This document shows, piece after piece, positions 54,245 to 63,163 of a stretch of DNA of 64,000 nt. How positions within the stretch are numbered: position 1 is the stretch's first letter; the number at the start of each line of letters is the position of its first letter. Both the position numbers and the translations under genes were made by a program. The notes under the pieces are model-generated. The model did not search any database. It saw only the letters and a program-made list of their open reading frames with translations, and had not been told where the DNA came from. Source of the DNA: Spirochaetales bacterium (GTDB taxonomy: Bacteria; Bacillota; Clostridia; Christensenellales; UBA1242). Location: assembly GCA_050178795.1 (NCBI GenBank), contig JBFXFT010000003.1:75264-139263 (forward strand), read 5' to 3'.

Positions 54245-55177
54245 GTGAAAAGGAAAGAAATTTTAAAACAATTAAATATTGAGTTAAATGCTCTACCTGT
54301 TCCTGATGTTTTAAGCGCAGTAAGGGTTAAAAGTCAAATTATTGTTACTCACAAAGTACAACCTGAAAAAGCAAGCGTTAAACAAAAGGTACAGACAAGG
54401 AAACTAGCACCAAGATTAGTCGCTAGCGTTTTGTCTGTCATTTTGTTGGTATTTGGAGCAATCGGTGGCATATTCGCCTTTATACCTACTGGCACAGTTT
54501 ATGCTTACTCAACTGTAACGCTAGATATTAACCCAAGTTTAGAGATAATTGTAGATAAAGATGAAAACGTCCTTGCGGTAAATGGCATAAATGATGACGC
54601 TGCTACCCTACTTCAAGGTCTAAGTTTAACTGGTTTAAAATATTATAACGCAATACAAACAATACTTGCAGAGGCAATAAGCAAGGGCTACATAAACGCA
54701 GGTGCACAAAGCGCCATTGAAAACGCAGTAATGTTTGCGGTTAGAGGTGCAAACAGCACAATAAAAAATAAATATATAAACAGAATTAAACAAACAACAA
54801 CCGCTTATTTAACAAATAATGCAGTGGAGTGCAATGTAATTGAAGAAGAGTACGCAGACGGCGTAGAAGACGAAATAGAGGCTCTTGAAGCAACATTTAC
54901 AGAGGGCACAAAAGTATCTGCTGCTAAATATGCTTACATAAAAAGAATTATTGCAAGGTTACCAGAACTAGCAGGACAAGAAGAAAACCTAGCAAATATG
55001 AGCGTTGCGGAACTATATAAATTGTTAAACGAGAATACGAGTGAATTTGCAACAGGCAACGATTTAATACAAGACATAATTGATGGCATACTTGATACTT
55101 GGCGCGCTGGCAATAGTGGCAATCCAAATATTGGCGGTGCAACTGGAACAATTACTACACTTGGTTACTCATATTAA
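54245..55177 (+). CDS. putative anti-sigma factor (single TM, non-zinc type)
   Basis: It overlaps or abuts the sigma stop. The GTG at 54245 lies 9 nt after GGAG, whereas the ORF track starts at a TTG at 54230. It has about 60 aa of basic cytoplasmic region, a TM, then the YSTVTLDINPSLEIIVDKDENVLAVNGINDDAATLL ectodomain. Confidence 0.7.
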   Translation: MKRKEILKQLNIELNALPVPDVLSAVRVKSQIIVTHKVQPEKASVKQKVQTRKLAPRLVASVLSVILLVFGAIGGIFAFIPTGTVYAYSTVTLDINPSLEIIVDKDENVLAVNGINDDAATLLQGLSLTGLKYYNAIQTILAEAISKGYINAGAQSAIENAVMFAVRGANSTIKNKYINRIKQTTTAYLTNNAVECNVIEEEYADGVEDEIEALEATFTEGTKVSAAKYAYIKRIIARLPELAGQEENLANMSVAELYKLLNENTSEFATGNDLIQDIIDGILDTWRAGNSGNPNIGGATGTITTLGYSY

Positions 55178-55186
55178 AAATTAATT

Positions 55187-55215
55187 AAAAAACCACCCTT
55201 CTAGGTGGTTTTTTG
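55187..55215. terminator. bidirectional terminator
   Basis: aaccacc-cttcta-ggtggtt with A and T runs, between convergent units. Confidence 0.7.
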
Positions 55216-55226
55216 TTGCGTTTTAT

Positions 55227-56342
55227 TTATAGTTCTTTACTCTCGCTATTTATAACTTTGGTGGCTAATTGCCATACCCTTTGAAGCGTCTTTAAACCTA
55301 TGTGCTGTTTGCTTATTTGAGATGTTATTAGTTCTGCGTCCTCTTGGCTACTATGTTCTGGGGCAACAAAGTTTTTCATATCTACATCTGCATAATTTGC
55401 TATTACAAACTGTTTAGTCATTTTGTCAAAACTCTCTAAATCTAGACCAAAGCCAAACAGTCTCCTTTCCCTTTCATAGTCCTTTAAAACCAAAGCGCCA
55501 GTCATAATGTCAGCAATAAAAAATGTCGTTTTATCGCCCTCTTTAAAGCCCCACATTGGAACATTGTGTATTGACTTTTTTGGATTGTTTTTATTTCCCA
55601 AATTCAAAACCTTAAGCTCTAACCCCAAATCGGCAATTAAATAAAGGTAACCATAGGTAAAACCAAAACAAACATCTTTTTCTCTTATTAAAGCGTTATA
55701 AGTTCCCCTTAAAATGGCATTATAGGTGTTTACAAAATTATGTAGGTCTACTTTTTCTTTTTGTTTTAAATAATCTATATATTGCGCTTTCATTTTGTTT
55801 AAATCATTTTTGTACATAATTAATAATAACGCAGCAATTGCTTCTTTACTTTGATTTAGTAAATTTACAACTTCGTCTTTTGGTAGTTTTGTTTTTTTTG
55901 CGCCTTTTTGCAAATCATCAATTATTGCATTTAACTTGTTTATCCTTGCATTTCGTTCCAAATCTCTTTGAACTATGCTTTTAGGAAAGTTTTCCCTGTC
56001 TTGTTGTGCTGTTTGGTCATAACTTACATGTTGGCAAAAATAGTCATATAATACGCCAGCCGCATCTATTGCTTCGTCCAATGTCTTTGGTTTTTTAATG
56101 TTAAAAAGTTTATAAATTTCCAACTTTTTTGCATTCAACTCACTCAACATTTGCTCGTCGCTAGGGTATTTAAATGGCATGATGATATTTTTAGTGCTAT
56201 TTGGTTTTGCTAGTTCTATTTCAATTTGCTTTTTTAACTCTGGGTGTGTTTTTGGGGCGCTTTCGTCAGTAAGAACTTGTCCGTTTATTTTTACGAACTT
56301 ATTTGCATAGCGCTTACTTGCATAAACTCTTTCTACTTCCAC
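55227..56342 (-). CDS. transglutaminase-like (Cys-His-Asp) protein, paralog 4 of 4
   Basis: 371 aa with no signal peptide. Motifs: VLYDYFCQHVSYD, KDVCFGFTYGYLYLIADLG, SIHNVPMW, FFIADIMT. Confidence 0.85.
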   Translation of the reverse strand: MEVERVYASKRYANKFVKINGQVLTDESAPKTHPELKKQIEIELAKPNSTKNIIMPFKYPSDEQMLSELNAKKLEIYKLFNIKKPKTLDEAIDAAGVLYDYFCQHVSYDQTAQQDRENFPKSIVQRDLERNARINKLNAIIDDLQKGAKKTKLPKDEVVNLLNQSKEAIAALLLIMYKNDLNKMKAQYIDYLKQKEKVDLHNFVNTYNAILRGTYNALIREKDVCFGFTYGYLYLIADLGLELKVLNLGNKNNPKKSIHNVPMWGFKEGDKTTFFIADIMTGALVLKDYERERRLFGFGLDLESFDKMTKQFVIANYADVDMKNFVAPEHSSQEDAELITSQISKQHIGLKTLQRVWQLATKVINSESKEL

Positions 56343-56376
56343 TCAATATTACCCCCTTATATTGTAACTCTGTTTT

Positions 56377-57417
56377 TTAATTCAATTCCCTCGTGTCTTT
56401 TTGGTGTCTTAAATCCTTAACTAGTCTTTTTGCAACTTCAAAATCTTCTTCAAATATTTGTTTTTTGGGAAGACCGCTATTTAACTCTTTCTTTAAACTT
56501 TTAGTATAAATGTTTTTTAAATATGGTTTTCTAGTGTCTGGGGTTATGCCTTCAAGTTTTAAAACCTCTACCACTTCGCCTACCACATTATTCTCTGCAA
56601 AATATTCCGCCATACTAAAGCCAAAGCCATATATGCTTAAACCCTTGTTTTTTGCAAATACAGTATCTATTGTAAGGTCGGCAACAAAATAATATTCTTT
56701 GCCCTTTAACATATATGGAACAACCACAAAAGTGTGTGCCTCTTCATCTCCTGGCTTCAATATGCTAACCACATAAGACTCAATACCAAGCCCAGCAAGC
56801 AAAAATTGATAGGCATAGGAAAATTCATTGCAAACGCCTTTTTTATTTATTAAAACATTATACAAGTTTTTCAAGTGAGCGCCGTTTTCTAATTTTGCCA
56901 TTTTGGCTCTTGCTTCTATGCTGTTTTTAAAGTGCTTTTCTATATCGCTTAAAAAATCGTCTTCCGATTTTTTGCCGTTTTCAACCTCCGAGTATAGCTC
57001 GCCAGAGTTTTGAAATAATTTATGTATCTCTTCCTTTACTTTGTTTCTAGACTCATATGAAACTTTTGTTTCTTCAAGGCTTGTCATATCATAAGTTATA
57101 TTTTTTGCCAAATAATCATATAGTAGTATTGCATTTATCTTATTTGAATTTTGTTTGTTTAAATTTAGTCCCTCATAAATTTTTGAGCGCTTACTTTCTA
57201 TATCTAATATAATTTGCTCTTCATTTGGAAAAGGTTTATAGATAATATTTATAACGTCCTTTGAAGAATTGTTTAAAATTTTTTCAGCCTTCTTTTTAAC
57301 ATCTGGATATTCTAAATAAAAAGCACTTAGTTCAAAAATTGAACCATCACAATATATATATTCTTGCTTATAATAATTATCGGTTTGAACCTTTTTTAGT
57401 TCCACTTTTTCCTCCAA
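56377..57417 (-). CDS. transglutaminase-like (Cys-His-Asp) protein, paralog 3 of 4
   Basis: 346 aa. Motifs: ILLYDYLAKNITYDMTS, KKGVCNEFSYAYQFLLAGLGIESYVV, EAHTFVVVPY, YFVADLTIDT. Confidence 0.85.
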   Translation of the reverse strand: MEEKVELKKVQTDNYYKQEYIYCDGSIFELSAFYLEYPDVKKKAEKILNNSSKDVINIIYKPFPNEEQIILDIESKRSKIYEGLNLNKQNSNKINAILLYDYLAKNITYDMTSLEETKVSYESRNKVKEEIHKLFQNSGELYSEVENGKKSEDDFLSDIEKHFKNSIEARAKMAKLENGAHLKNLYNVLINKKGVCNEFSYAYQFLLAGLGIESYVVSILKPGDEEAHTFVVVPYMLKGKEYYFVADLTIDTVFAKNKGLSIYGFGFSMAEYFAENNVVGEVVEVLKLEGITPDTRKPYLKNIYTKSLKKELNSGLPKKQIFEEDFEVAKRLVKDLRHQKDTRELN

Positions 57418-57428
57418 ATTTATGTACT

Positions 57429-58502
57429 CTACATACTTGGGGTTAAATCTTCTGTTGAGCTTTTATCTTTAAATTTATAGCCATTGGCAATAAACTCTTT
57501 TGCTATTTTCTTTTCTTCTTCAAAAATATCTCTTTCTGGTAAGTGACAAATTAAGGTGTCCGCTAGTTCCTTTGTATAGATATTTTGGCTGTATAAATCA
57601 TTGGACTCCCCATTAAAGCCCACTAGTTTAAAAATTTCTACTATTTCTTCACTGATAGGATTTATTCTATTATATTGTCTTCTAGTAAGACCAAAGCCCT
57701 CTGTTCGTAAAACTTTCTTAGGGTTAGATGGAGTGTCCATCGTAAGGTCTGCAACACAAGAATATATTGCGCCATCAATCTCGTAGGGAATAATTACAAA
57801 AGCGTGTGAATGTTCTGCGCCCTTTTCTGCAATAGAAACAACAAAAGAGTCAACATTTAACCCTTGCACCATAAATTGATAATCATAGCTAAATTCGCCA
57901 CAAATCCCTTTATCATAAAAAGATACATTATATAAATTTTTTAAATAAGATCTGTTTTCTAAGTATGTAACTCTGTTATTGTATTTTAAGTTTTCAATAA
58001 AATGTTCCTTGAGTTTTTGTGTTAATTGAGCGTTCGTATTTAGCGCTTGTTGTTTGCTCGTTTGCTTTCTATTTTTTAAGTAGATTTTAACCGCCTCATC
58101 GTATAACCCTTCAATTTTCTCATTCAATTTATCAAGGCTCTTGTCTTCCGTTACCACATCTTCAATGCTTGTCATATCATACCTGATACGCCTTGCCAAA
58201 TAGTCATATAAAACTATTATTTTAACTATATCGGCATTTCTACATTTAATTGCTGACAAGTTTATTTTTTCATATATATCTTGCCTTTTTTCTATTAGGT
58301 TTTCTAGCATTTTTCTATTGCTTGGAAAAGCATTATAAGTAACAGTGACAACATTTTTTGAAGAACTTTTTAAAACCCTATCTGTCCTGTTTTTTAATTT
58401 TGGATTTTGCTCATAAAAAGGCTTTAGTTGGTATATGCTACCCTCTGAGTAGATATATTTTTCTTTATAAAACTTGCTGGTCTCAACCTTTTTGATTTTC
58501 AT
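57429..58502 (-). CDS. transglutaminase-like (Cys-His-Asp) protein, paralog 2 of 4
   Basis: 357 aa. Motifs: IVLYDYLARRIRYDMTS, DKGICGEFSYDYQFMVQGLNVDSFVV, HSHAFVIIPY, SCVADLTMDT. Confidence 0.85.
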   Translation of the reverse strand: MKIKKVETSKFYKEKYIYSEGSIYQLKPFYEQNPKLKNRTDRVLKSSSKNVVTVTYNAFPSNRKMLENLIEKRQDIYEKINLSAIKCRNADIVKIIVLYDYLARRIRYDMTSIEDVVTEDKSLDKLNEKIEGLYDEAVKIYLKNRKQTSKQQALNTNAQLTQKLKEHFIENLKYNNRVTYLENRSYLKNLYNVSFYDKGICGEFSYDYQFMVQGLNVDSFVVSIAEKGAEHSHAFVIIPYEIDGAIYSCVADLTMDTPSNPKKVLRTEGFGLTRRQYNRINPISEEIVEIFKLVGFNGESNDLYSQNIYTKELADTLICHLPERDIFEEEKKIAKEFIANGYKFKDKSSTEDLTPSM

Positions 58503-58515
58503 AATTAAACCCTAT

Positions 58516-59757
58516 TTATAGTTCCCTTTCATCTTGATGTGCTTTAAAGTTTACCATCATTGATATTATTTTGCTTCTATCTTCATCTAATTGTTCTTTA
58601 GTTAGAAAATATTTTGCAAAATCTTTTATTTGTTCTTCCTCATCGGCGTGGTTTCGCCACATATCGTACTTGTTTTCATTGCTGTTAAAATCAAATGAAT
58701 CTTCTATTTTGGCAATATACTCAATTTTTAATCCTTCACTTCCTTCAAGTATTGCTTGCCAATAATCAGTCATAAATCCCTTTAGGTTGGTATTGAAAAT
58801 TTTGTTTTCACCATTATTTCCTAAAGCAAGTGTTATATCACACAAATACATTGCGTCTTTGCTTTCGTTTTCTATTGCGTTAATAATGTGTTTATATTGT
58901 AGCCCCTTTTGGCTAATACAAACTAAATTATTTGGTATGTTTAATTGATTTAATGGATAAGCGTTTCCATAGGCCAATTGTTCACATACACCCCTTTTTA
59001 AAATGAGTGCATCATATACATTTCTAACCACTTGCAAATTACTAACGTAAATTTCTTCATCAATCATTCTTTGATAAACATTTTTATAATTGTTATCTAA
59101 AATTTGTAAAAGTTTTAATGAAAATTTTACAGGACCTGTTTGCTTATTTATTAACTCTTTATAAATATTCATTTTCTTGTTAATTATTTCTGAATGCTTT
59201 TCTTGGTCTATAATTCCATGTAATTTGCTTATATGATAAAAGCTTTTTTGTATTTCATTTAATTTAAAAAGTTGTGAATATACTGCTCTTCTTTCTGCAA
59301 CAGTTCTGTAAGACAAAAGTCTTTTTAATACTTTTCTCAATTCGCTCTTTACAGATTTTTCTTGCTGAACTAAATTATTATAATTTTCTTTATCCCACTC
59401 TTGTTCCTCTGCCACTCTAGTATCCACTCTAAAGTCTGATGCGATATAGTCAAATATTTTTGCCACTTGAAAGTTTTTGCTAAAAGAAATTTCTTTAGAA
59501 ATTCCTAAAAGTGGTTGTACGTTAAGTTGGTTAAACATCACTTTCATTTGAATTGCAATTTCATCTAACATTTTAAAAATATCTGGAAATTTAACCCCGG
59601 GAACTAAAACCGCATCATCACTATATTTTGCATCTAAAATTTGTTGCTTAAATTCTGGAAATATAGTTATAGCATATTCCTCATCTAAAATTTGGTTGTC
59701 TATCAAGACATATTGTTGTTTGTAGATGGAGTCAGTAATCACTTTTTGTATTTTCAT
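58516..59757 (-). CDS. transglutaminase-like (Cys-His-Asp) protein, paralog 1 of 4 (longest, most divergent)
   Basis: 413 aa. Motifs: KIFDYIASDFRVD, KRGVCEQLAYGNAYPLNQLNIPN, YKHIINAIE, MYLCDITL. Confidence 0.85.
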   Translation of the reverse strand: MKIQKVITDSIYKQQYVLIDNQILDEEYAITIFPEFKQQILDAKYSDDAVLVPGVKFPDIFKMLDEIAIQMKVMFNQLNVQPLLGISKEISFSKNFQVAKIFDYIASDFRVDTRVAEEQEWDKENYNNLVQQEKSVKSELRKVLKRLLSYRTVAERRAVYSQLFKLNEIQKSFYHISKLHGIIDQEKHSEIINKKMNIYKELINKQTGPVKFSLKLLQILDNNYKNVYQRMIDEEIYVSNLQVVRNVYDALILKRGVCEQLAYGNAYPLNQLNIPNNLVCISQKGLQYKHIINAIENESKDAMYLCDITLALGNNGENKIFNTNLKGFMTDYWQAILEGSEGLKIEYIAKIEDSFDFNSNENKYDMWRNHADEEEQIKDFAKYFLTKEQLDEDRSKIISMMVNFKAHQDEREL

Positions 59758-59793
59758 AAAACCCTCTTTTATTGTAGAAATTGTTCTAAGCCA

Positions 59794-59822
59794 ATTTTAA
59801 CATAATATATAATTAAATTCAA
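59794..59822 (-). promoter_or_regulatory. sigma70-like promoter of the four-paralog operon
   Basis: On the minus strand it reads TTGAAT-17 nt-TAAAAT. It lies between the ndk terminator and the AAGAGGG Shine-Dalgarno of the first paralog. Confidence 0.5.
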
Positions 59823-59830
59823 TAGAAAAT

Positions 59831-59860
59831 AAAAAACGACTAAGTTTTTTAGTCGTTTTA
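59831..59860 (-). terminator. terminator after ndk
   Basis: aaacgacta-(7 nt)-tagtcgttt with a T-run on the minus strand. Confidence 0.7.
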
Positions 59861-59867
59861 ATTTTAT

Positions 59868-60293
59868 TTAAGCGTTCTCTCCAAAAAAGCGTTTAATTTC
59901 TTCATTTGCGTTTTCTATACTGTCGCTTCCGTGAATTAAATTTTCGCCCTCTTTACAAGAGTAATCACCCCTGATTGTTCCAATATCGGCATTTAGCCAA
60001 CTAGTTGAACCCATAAGTTTTCGCATACCGGTTATTACATCGCTACCTTCAATAATCATACCTACAACTGGTCCACTGGTGATAAATTCCAAAATTTCAG
60101 GGAAAAATGGTTTATCTACCAAATGTGAGTAATGCTCTTTTACTAAGTCCTCTGTAAATGTAAACATCTTCATTGCCGTAATTTTAAAACCTTTCTTTTC
60201 AATTCGGCTAATTATTTCGCCCATCAAGTGCCTTTTGACAGCGTCTGGTTTTAACATAATGTATGTTCTTTCAAAATTGTCGTTTCTTCCCAT
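59868..60293 (-). CDS. ndk: nucleoside diphosphate kinase
   Basis: ERTYIMLKPDAV ... NLIHGSDS active-site His. The start is set at MGRNDN after GAGGT. Confidence 0.92.
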   Translation of the reverse strand: MGRNDNFERTYIMLKPDAVKRHLMGEIISRIEKKGFKITAMKMFTFTEDLVKEHYSHLVDKPFFPEILEFITSGPVVGMIIEGSDVITGMRKLMGSTSWLNADIGTIRGDYSCKEGENLIHGSDSIENANEEIKRFFGENA

Positions 60294-60455
60294 TTTATAC
60301 CTCATAATATTTTTTTGTGATTGCAGTAATTGTAACATATATTTATTCCTTTGTGAATACTTTTTTTATTTTTAATATACAAATATTGCTTTTTATTTGA
60401 CAAAATGACAGGTGTCATTTAAAATACTTCTATAAAAATTAATTGGAGTAAAGTT

Positions 60456-61070
60456 ATGCCCACACAAGTCTTTTTAAATTTAACAAAAGAAAAACAACAA
60501 AAGGTTTTAAACGCTGGAATAAAAGAGTTTTCAAACGTAAAATTTGAAGATGTTTCTATAAAAAATATAGTGGAAGACGCCCAAATTGCTAGAGGAAGTT
60601 TTTATGCCTATTTTGAAGACAAAGATGACTTTTTAAACTTTATATTGTCCTCACTAAAACAAAAAATGCTAGGCGTAGAAGATGCTAGATATAGCAAAAA
60701 TAATGACATATTTGAAAACGCCAAAAGCGTTATGTTAAAAAAAATTGAAAGTTCAAATATGTTTGAAAACAATATGCCTAAAACATTTGAACTATTTAAT
60801 ATGCTTTCATCTTCAGAACTTGGTAGAGAATTCTTATTAAAAACTTTAACAAACTCAAAAGATAAAGAAATACTAATAAGCGAATTAATAAATGGTTCCA
60901 AGCCAAGTGATTTAACTTTTGAAGACATAACCTTAATTGTTGAAGTGCTTGTTGGAATAAGTAAAACAATTTTTCAAAAACTTATGCGAAAGCAAATAAC
61001 AAAAGATGAAGCCATAGTAGAATTGAATAAAAAATTTGACTTTGTTAAATATGGTGTCTTTAAAAAATAA
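60456..61070 (+). CDS. TetR-family transcriptional regulator
   Basis: N-terminal HTH FEDVSIKNIVEDAQIARGSFYAYFEDKDDF. Confidence 0.85.
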   Translation: MPTQVFLNLTKEKQQKVLNAGIKEFSNVKFEDVSIKNIVEDAQIARGSFYAYFEDKDDFLNFILSSLKQKMLGVEDARYSKNNDIFENAKSVMLKKIESSNMFENNMPKTFELFNMLSSSELGREFLLKTLTNSKDKEILISELINGSKPSDLTFEDITLIVEVLVGISKTIFQKLMRKQITKDEAIVELNKKFDFVKYGVFKK

Positions 61071-61081
61071 ATTAGAGCAAT

Positions 61082-61110
61082 AAAAAACACAGCGTTATGC
61101 TGTGTTTTTT
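61082..61110. terminator. bidirectional terminator
   Basis: aacacagc-gttat-gctgtgtt plus a T-run. Confidence 0.7.
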
Positions 61111-61115
61111 AATTA

Positions 61116-61388
61116 TTAATTGAATAATCCCTTAAAGCTCTTTCCTACTCTTAGTTTAGGAGAGTTAGATGCTGCCACCTTAACTTTCTTTTTAGTTAAT
61201 GGGTTGAATGCTACTCTAGCTGCCTTGTGTTGCAACTCAAAAGTACCAAAACCAACTAATTGAACTTTTTCGCCTCTCTTTAGTTCTTCAACAACAGTTT
61301 CAACAAATGCTTTGTAAGCTGCATCTGCTTGTCTTCCTGTAAGACCTGCTTTTTCAGCAACTGCCTTTAAAAATTCGCCTTTATTCAT
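61116..61388 (-). CDS. hup: DNA-binding protein HU
   Basis: MNKGEFLKAVAEKAGL...VQLVGFGTFE...ARVAFNPLT. The start follows GGAGG. Confidence 0.92.
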   Translation of the reverse strand: MNKGEFLKAVAEKAGLTGRQADAAYKAFVETVVEELKRGEKVQLVGFGTFELQHKAARVAFNPLTKKKVKVAASNSPKLRVGKSFKGLFN

Positions 61389-61667
61389 AATTTCCTCCAA
61401 AAAAATTTTTTGATATCTTATTGTAACAATTTTTAAACAAAAAATCTACTAAAATAAGGAAAAAATGTGGCTTTTTAGTCAATTTGATGCCGAAAAGCAC
61501 CTAAAATGGCACTTTTAACAAAATTACAACTTGAAAAACAGGTTTTTACGCCTTAAACTGACCCACTGTAAAAAATGGTGATTAAAAGCAATTTATTTAA
61601 GTTTCTTTTTATTCACTTGTAAAAGTTCCCTATTTTATATATAATATTTATACGTAAAGGAACAAAT

Positions 61668-62423
61668 ATGGAAAAAGAAAATTTACACGAGGGACATAGA
61701 ACAAGGTTAAGAGAAAAGGCCTGCGAGAATGGTTTACACACTTTTGACGAACACCAAGTTTTAGAACTTCTTTTGAGTTATATAGTGCCGAGGAAAGATA
61801 CCAACCCAATAGCACACAGGCTTATTAAAGAATTTGGTAGTCTCGCTGGCGTACTAGATGCAAAGGAAGACGATTTAGCAAAGATAAATGGAATAGGCGA
61901 AAGAGCCAGTGCTTTTTTACATTTAATGCCACAATTTTTTAAGAGTTATCAACAAAGCAAAATTAAAGAAAAACCATTTATTACAAATCCTGCACAAGTA
62001 TTTAACTATCTCGGTGAAATGATAAGGCTTATGCCACATGAAGAGTTTTATATGATTTGTCTAGATTCTAAAAGCCAAGTAATACTATCTAAACTCATTG
62101 CAAAGGGCACGAACAATCAAGTTAACTTTAACCTAAAGGAAATTACACAGATAGCACTTCAAACTTCAGCTAGCGGAATAATACTTGTGCATAACCACCC
62201 AACAGGCTCTGAAGAACCAAGTTCGGAAGATATTGAACTAACTAAAAAAATTTATGTCGCACTTTCCCTAAATGGAATATGCGTTTTAGACCATTTGATA
62301 ATAAGTCAAACCAACTATTACAGTTTTACTAAAAACGGTTTATTTAAAGCCTTTAATACTGACCTTAGTTCAATGTTAAATATACAGGCTTTAAGAGAAA
62401 GAGCACCAAAATATGCAGCATAA
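61668..62423 (+). CDS. radC: RadC-like JAB/MPN domain protein
   Basis: N-terminal HhH region LAKINGIGERAS and the JAMM motif ILVHNHPTGSEEPSSEDIELTKK. Confidence 0.88.
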   Translation: MEKENLHEGHRTRLREKACENGLHTFDEHQVLELLLSYIVPRKDTNPIAHRLIKEFGSLAGVLDAKEDDLAKINGIGERASAFLHLMPQFFKSYQQSKIKEKPFITNPAQVFNYLGEMIRLMPHEEFYMICLDSKSQVILSKLIAKGTNNQVNFNLKEITQIALQTSASGIILVHNHPTGSEEPSSEDIELTKKIYVALSLNGICVLDHLIISQTNYYSFTKNGLFKAFNTDLSSMLNIQALRERAPKYAA

Positions 62424-62452
62424 AAAAGAGAGGCAAAACCTCTCTTTTATTT
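62423..62452. terminator. bidirectional terminator
   Basis: agagagg-caaaa-cctctct plus a T-run. Confidence 0.65.
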
Positions 62453-62461
62453 TTTATTAAA

Positions 62462-63136
62462 CTAACTAAATATCCCAACAAATTTTTGCCAAAAATAAAC
62501 AAAGAAATTAGTGCCATAAGGAATTATAATGTCTACTCTACCAACAAATTCATCAATTGAAACTGGACCATAAGTAGAACAGTCCAAACTTTGCCCGCGA
62601 TTATCACCTAAATAAAAAATATAATTGTCTGGTACTACTAATTCGTCGCCGTCAAAATATTCGGGATGATTGGCTTTTAAAAGATTAAAGTTGGCAAGTG
62701 TAAAACTTAAACCGCTCTTATACACTACATAATCTTCAACCAACAAATCTCCGTTCAAATATACTTCTATTTCGTGCGTTACCGCATTTTCTTCAATTTT
62801 TATTCGGTCGCCACCAAGCGCAATTAATCTCTTTATTACATATACACTCTGGCTCGTCTCCACAACAATAATGTCGCCCCTAGTTACCGTATTGTCTAGT
62901 CTATTTATGTAGGCTATATCTTGTTTATAATCTTCACTTTCGCTCCACTCAGCGTTAATGGTAGGCTGCATTGAAGGTCCAACAACCTCTACACCCATAT
63001 AAATAAAAGAAAATGACATAAGGGCTATTGCAAAAAGCACACATAGTAAAAAGAAAGCGTTAAAAGCCCTCTTTAACGCCGCCATTTTTTTGCTTGGCTC
63101 AACGCATGTGTAGTTTTGCATATCTAATGTTTCCAA
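62462..63136 (-). CDS. lepB: signal peptidase I (bacterial LepB/S26A type)
   Basis: VVGPSMQPTI Ser box, VIKRLIALGGD Lys box, and GDNRGQSLDCSTYGPV. It has a TTG start 6 nt after AGGGGG. Confidence 0.88.
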   Translation of the reverse strand: METLDMQNYTCVEPSKKMAALKRAFNAFFLLCVLFAIALMSFSFIYMGVEVVGPSMQPTINAEWSESEDYKQDIAYINRLDNTVTRGDIIVVETSQSVYVIKRLIALGGDRIKIEENAVTHEIEVYLNGDLLVEDYVVYKSGLSFTLANFNLLKANHPEYFDGDELVVPDNYIFYLGDNRGQSLDCSTYGPVSIDEFVGRVDIIIPYGTNFFVYFWQKFVGIFS

Positions 63137-63163
63137 AAAATTCCCCCTAAATAAGTTATGTAA

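Noticed and set aside
61401-61667. 267-bp intergenic region between hup and radC as a possible small RNA or riboswitch
   Set aside because: It is a divergent promoter region. I could find only weak, imperfect hairpins and no terminator-bounded unit, so there is nothing supportable without covariance or expression data.
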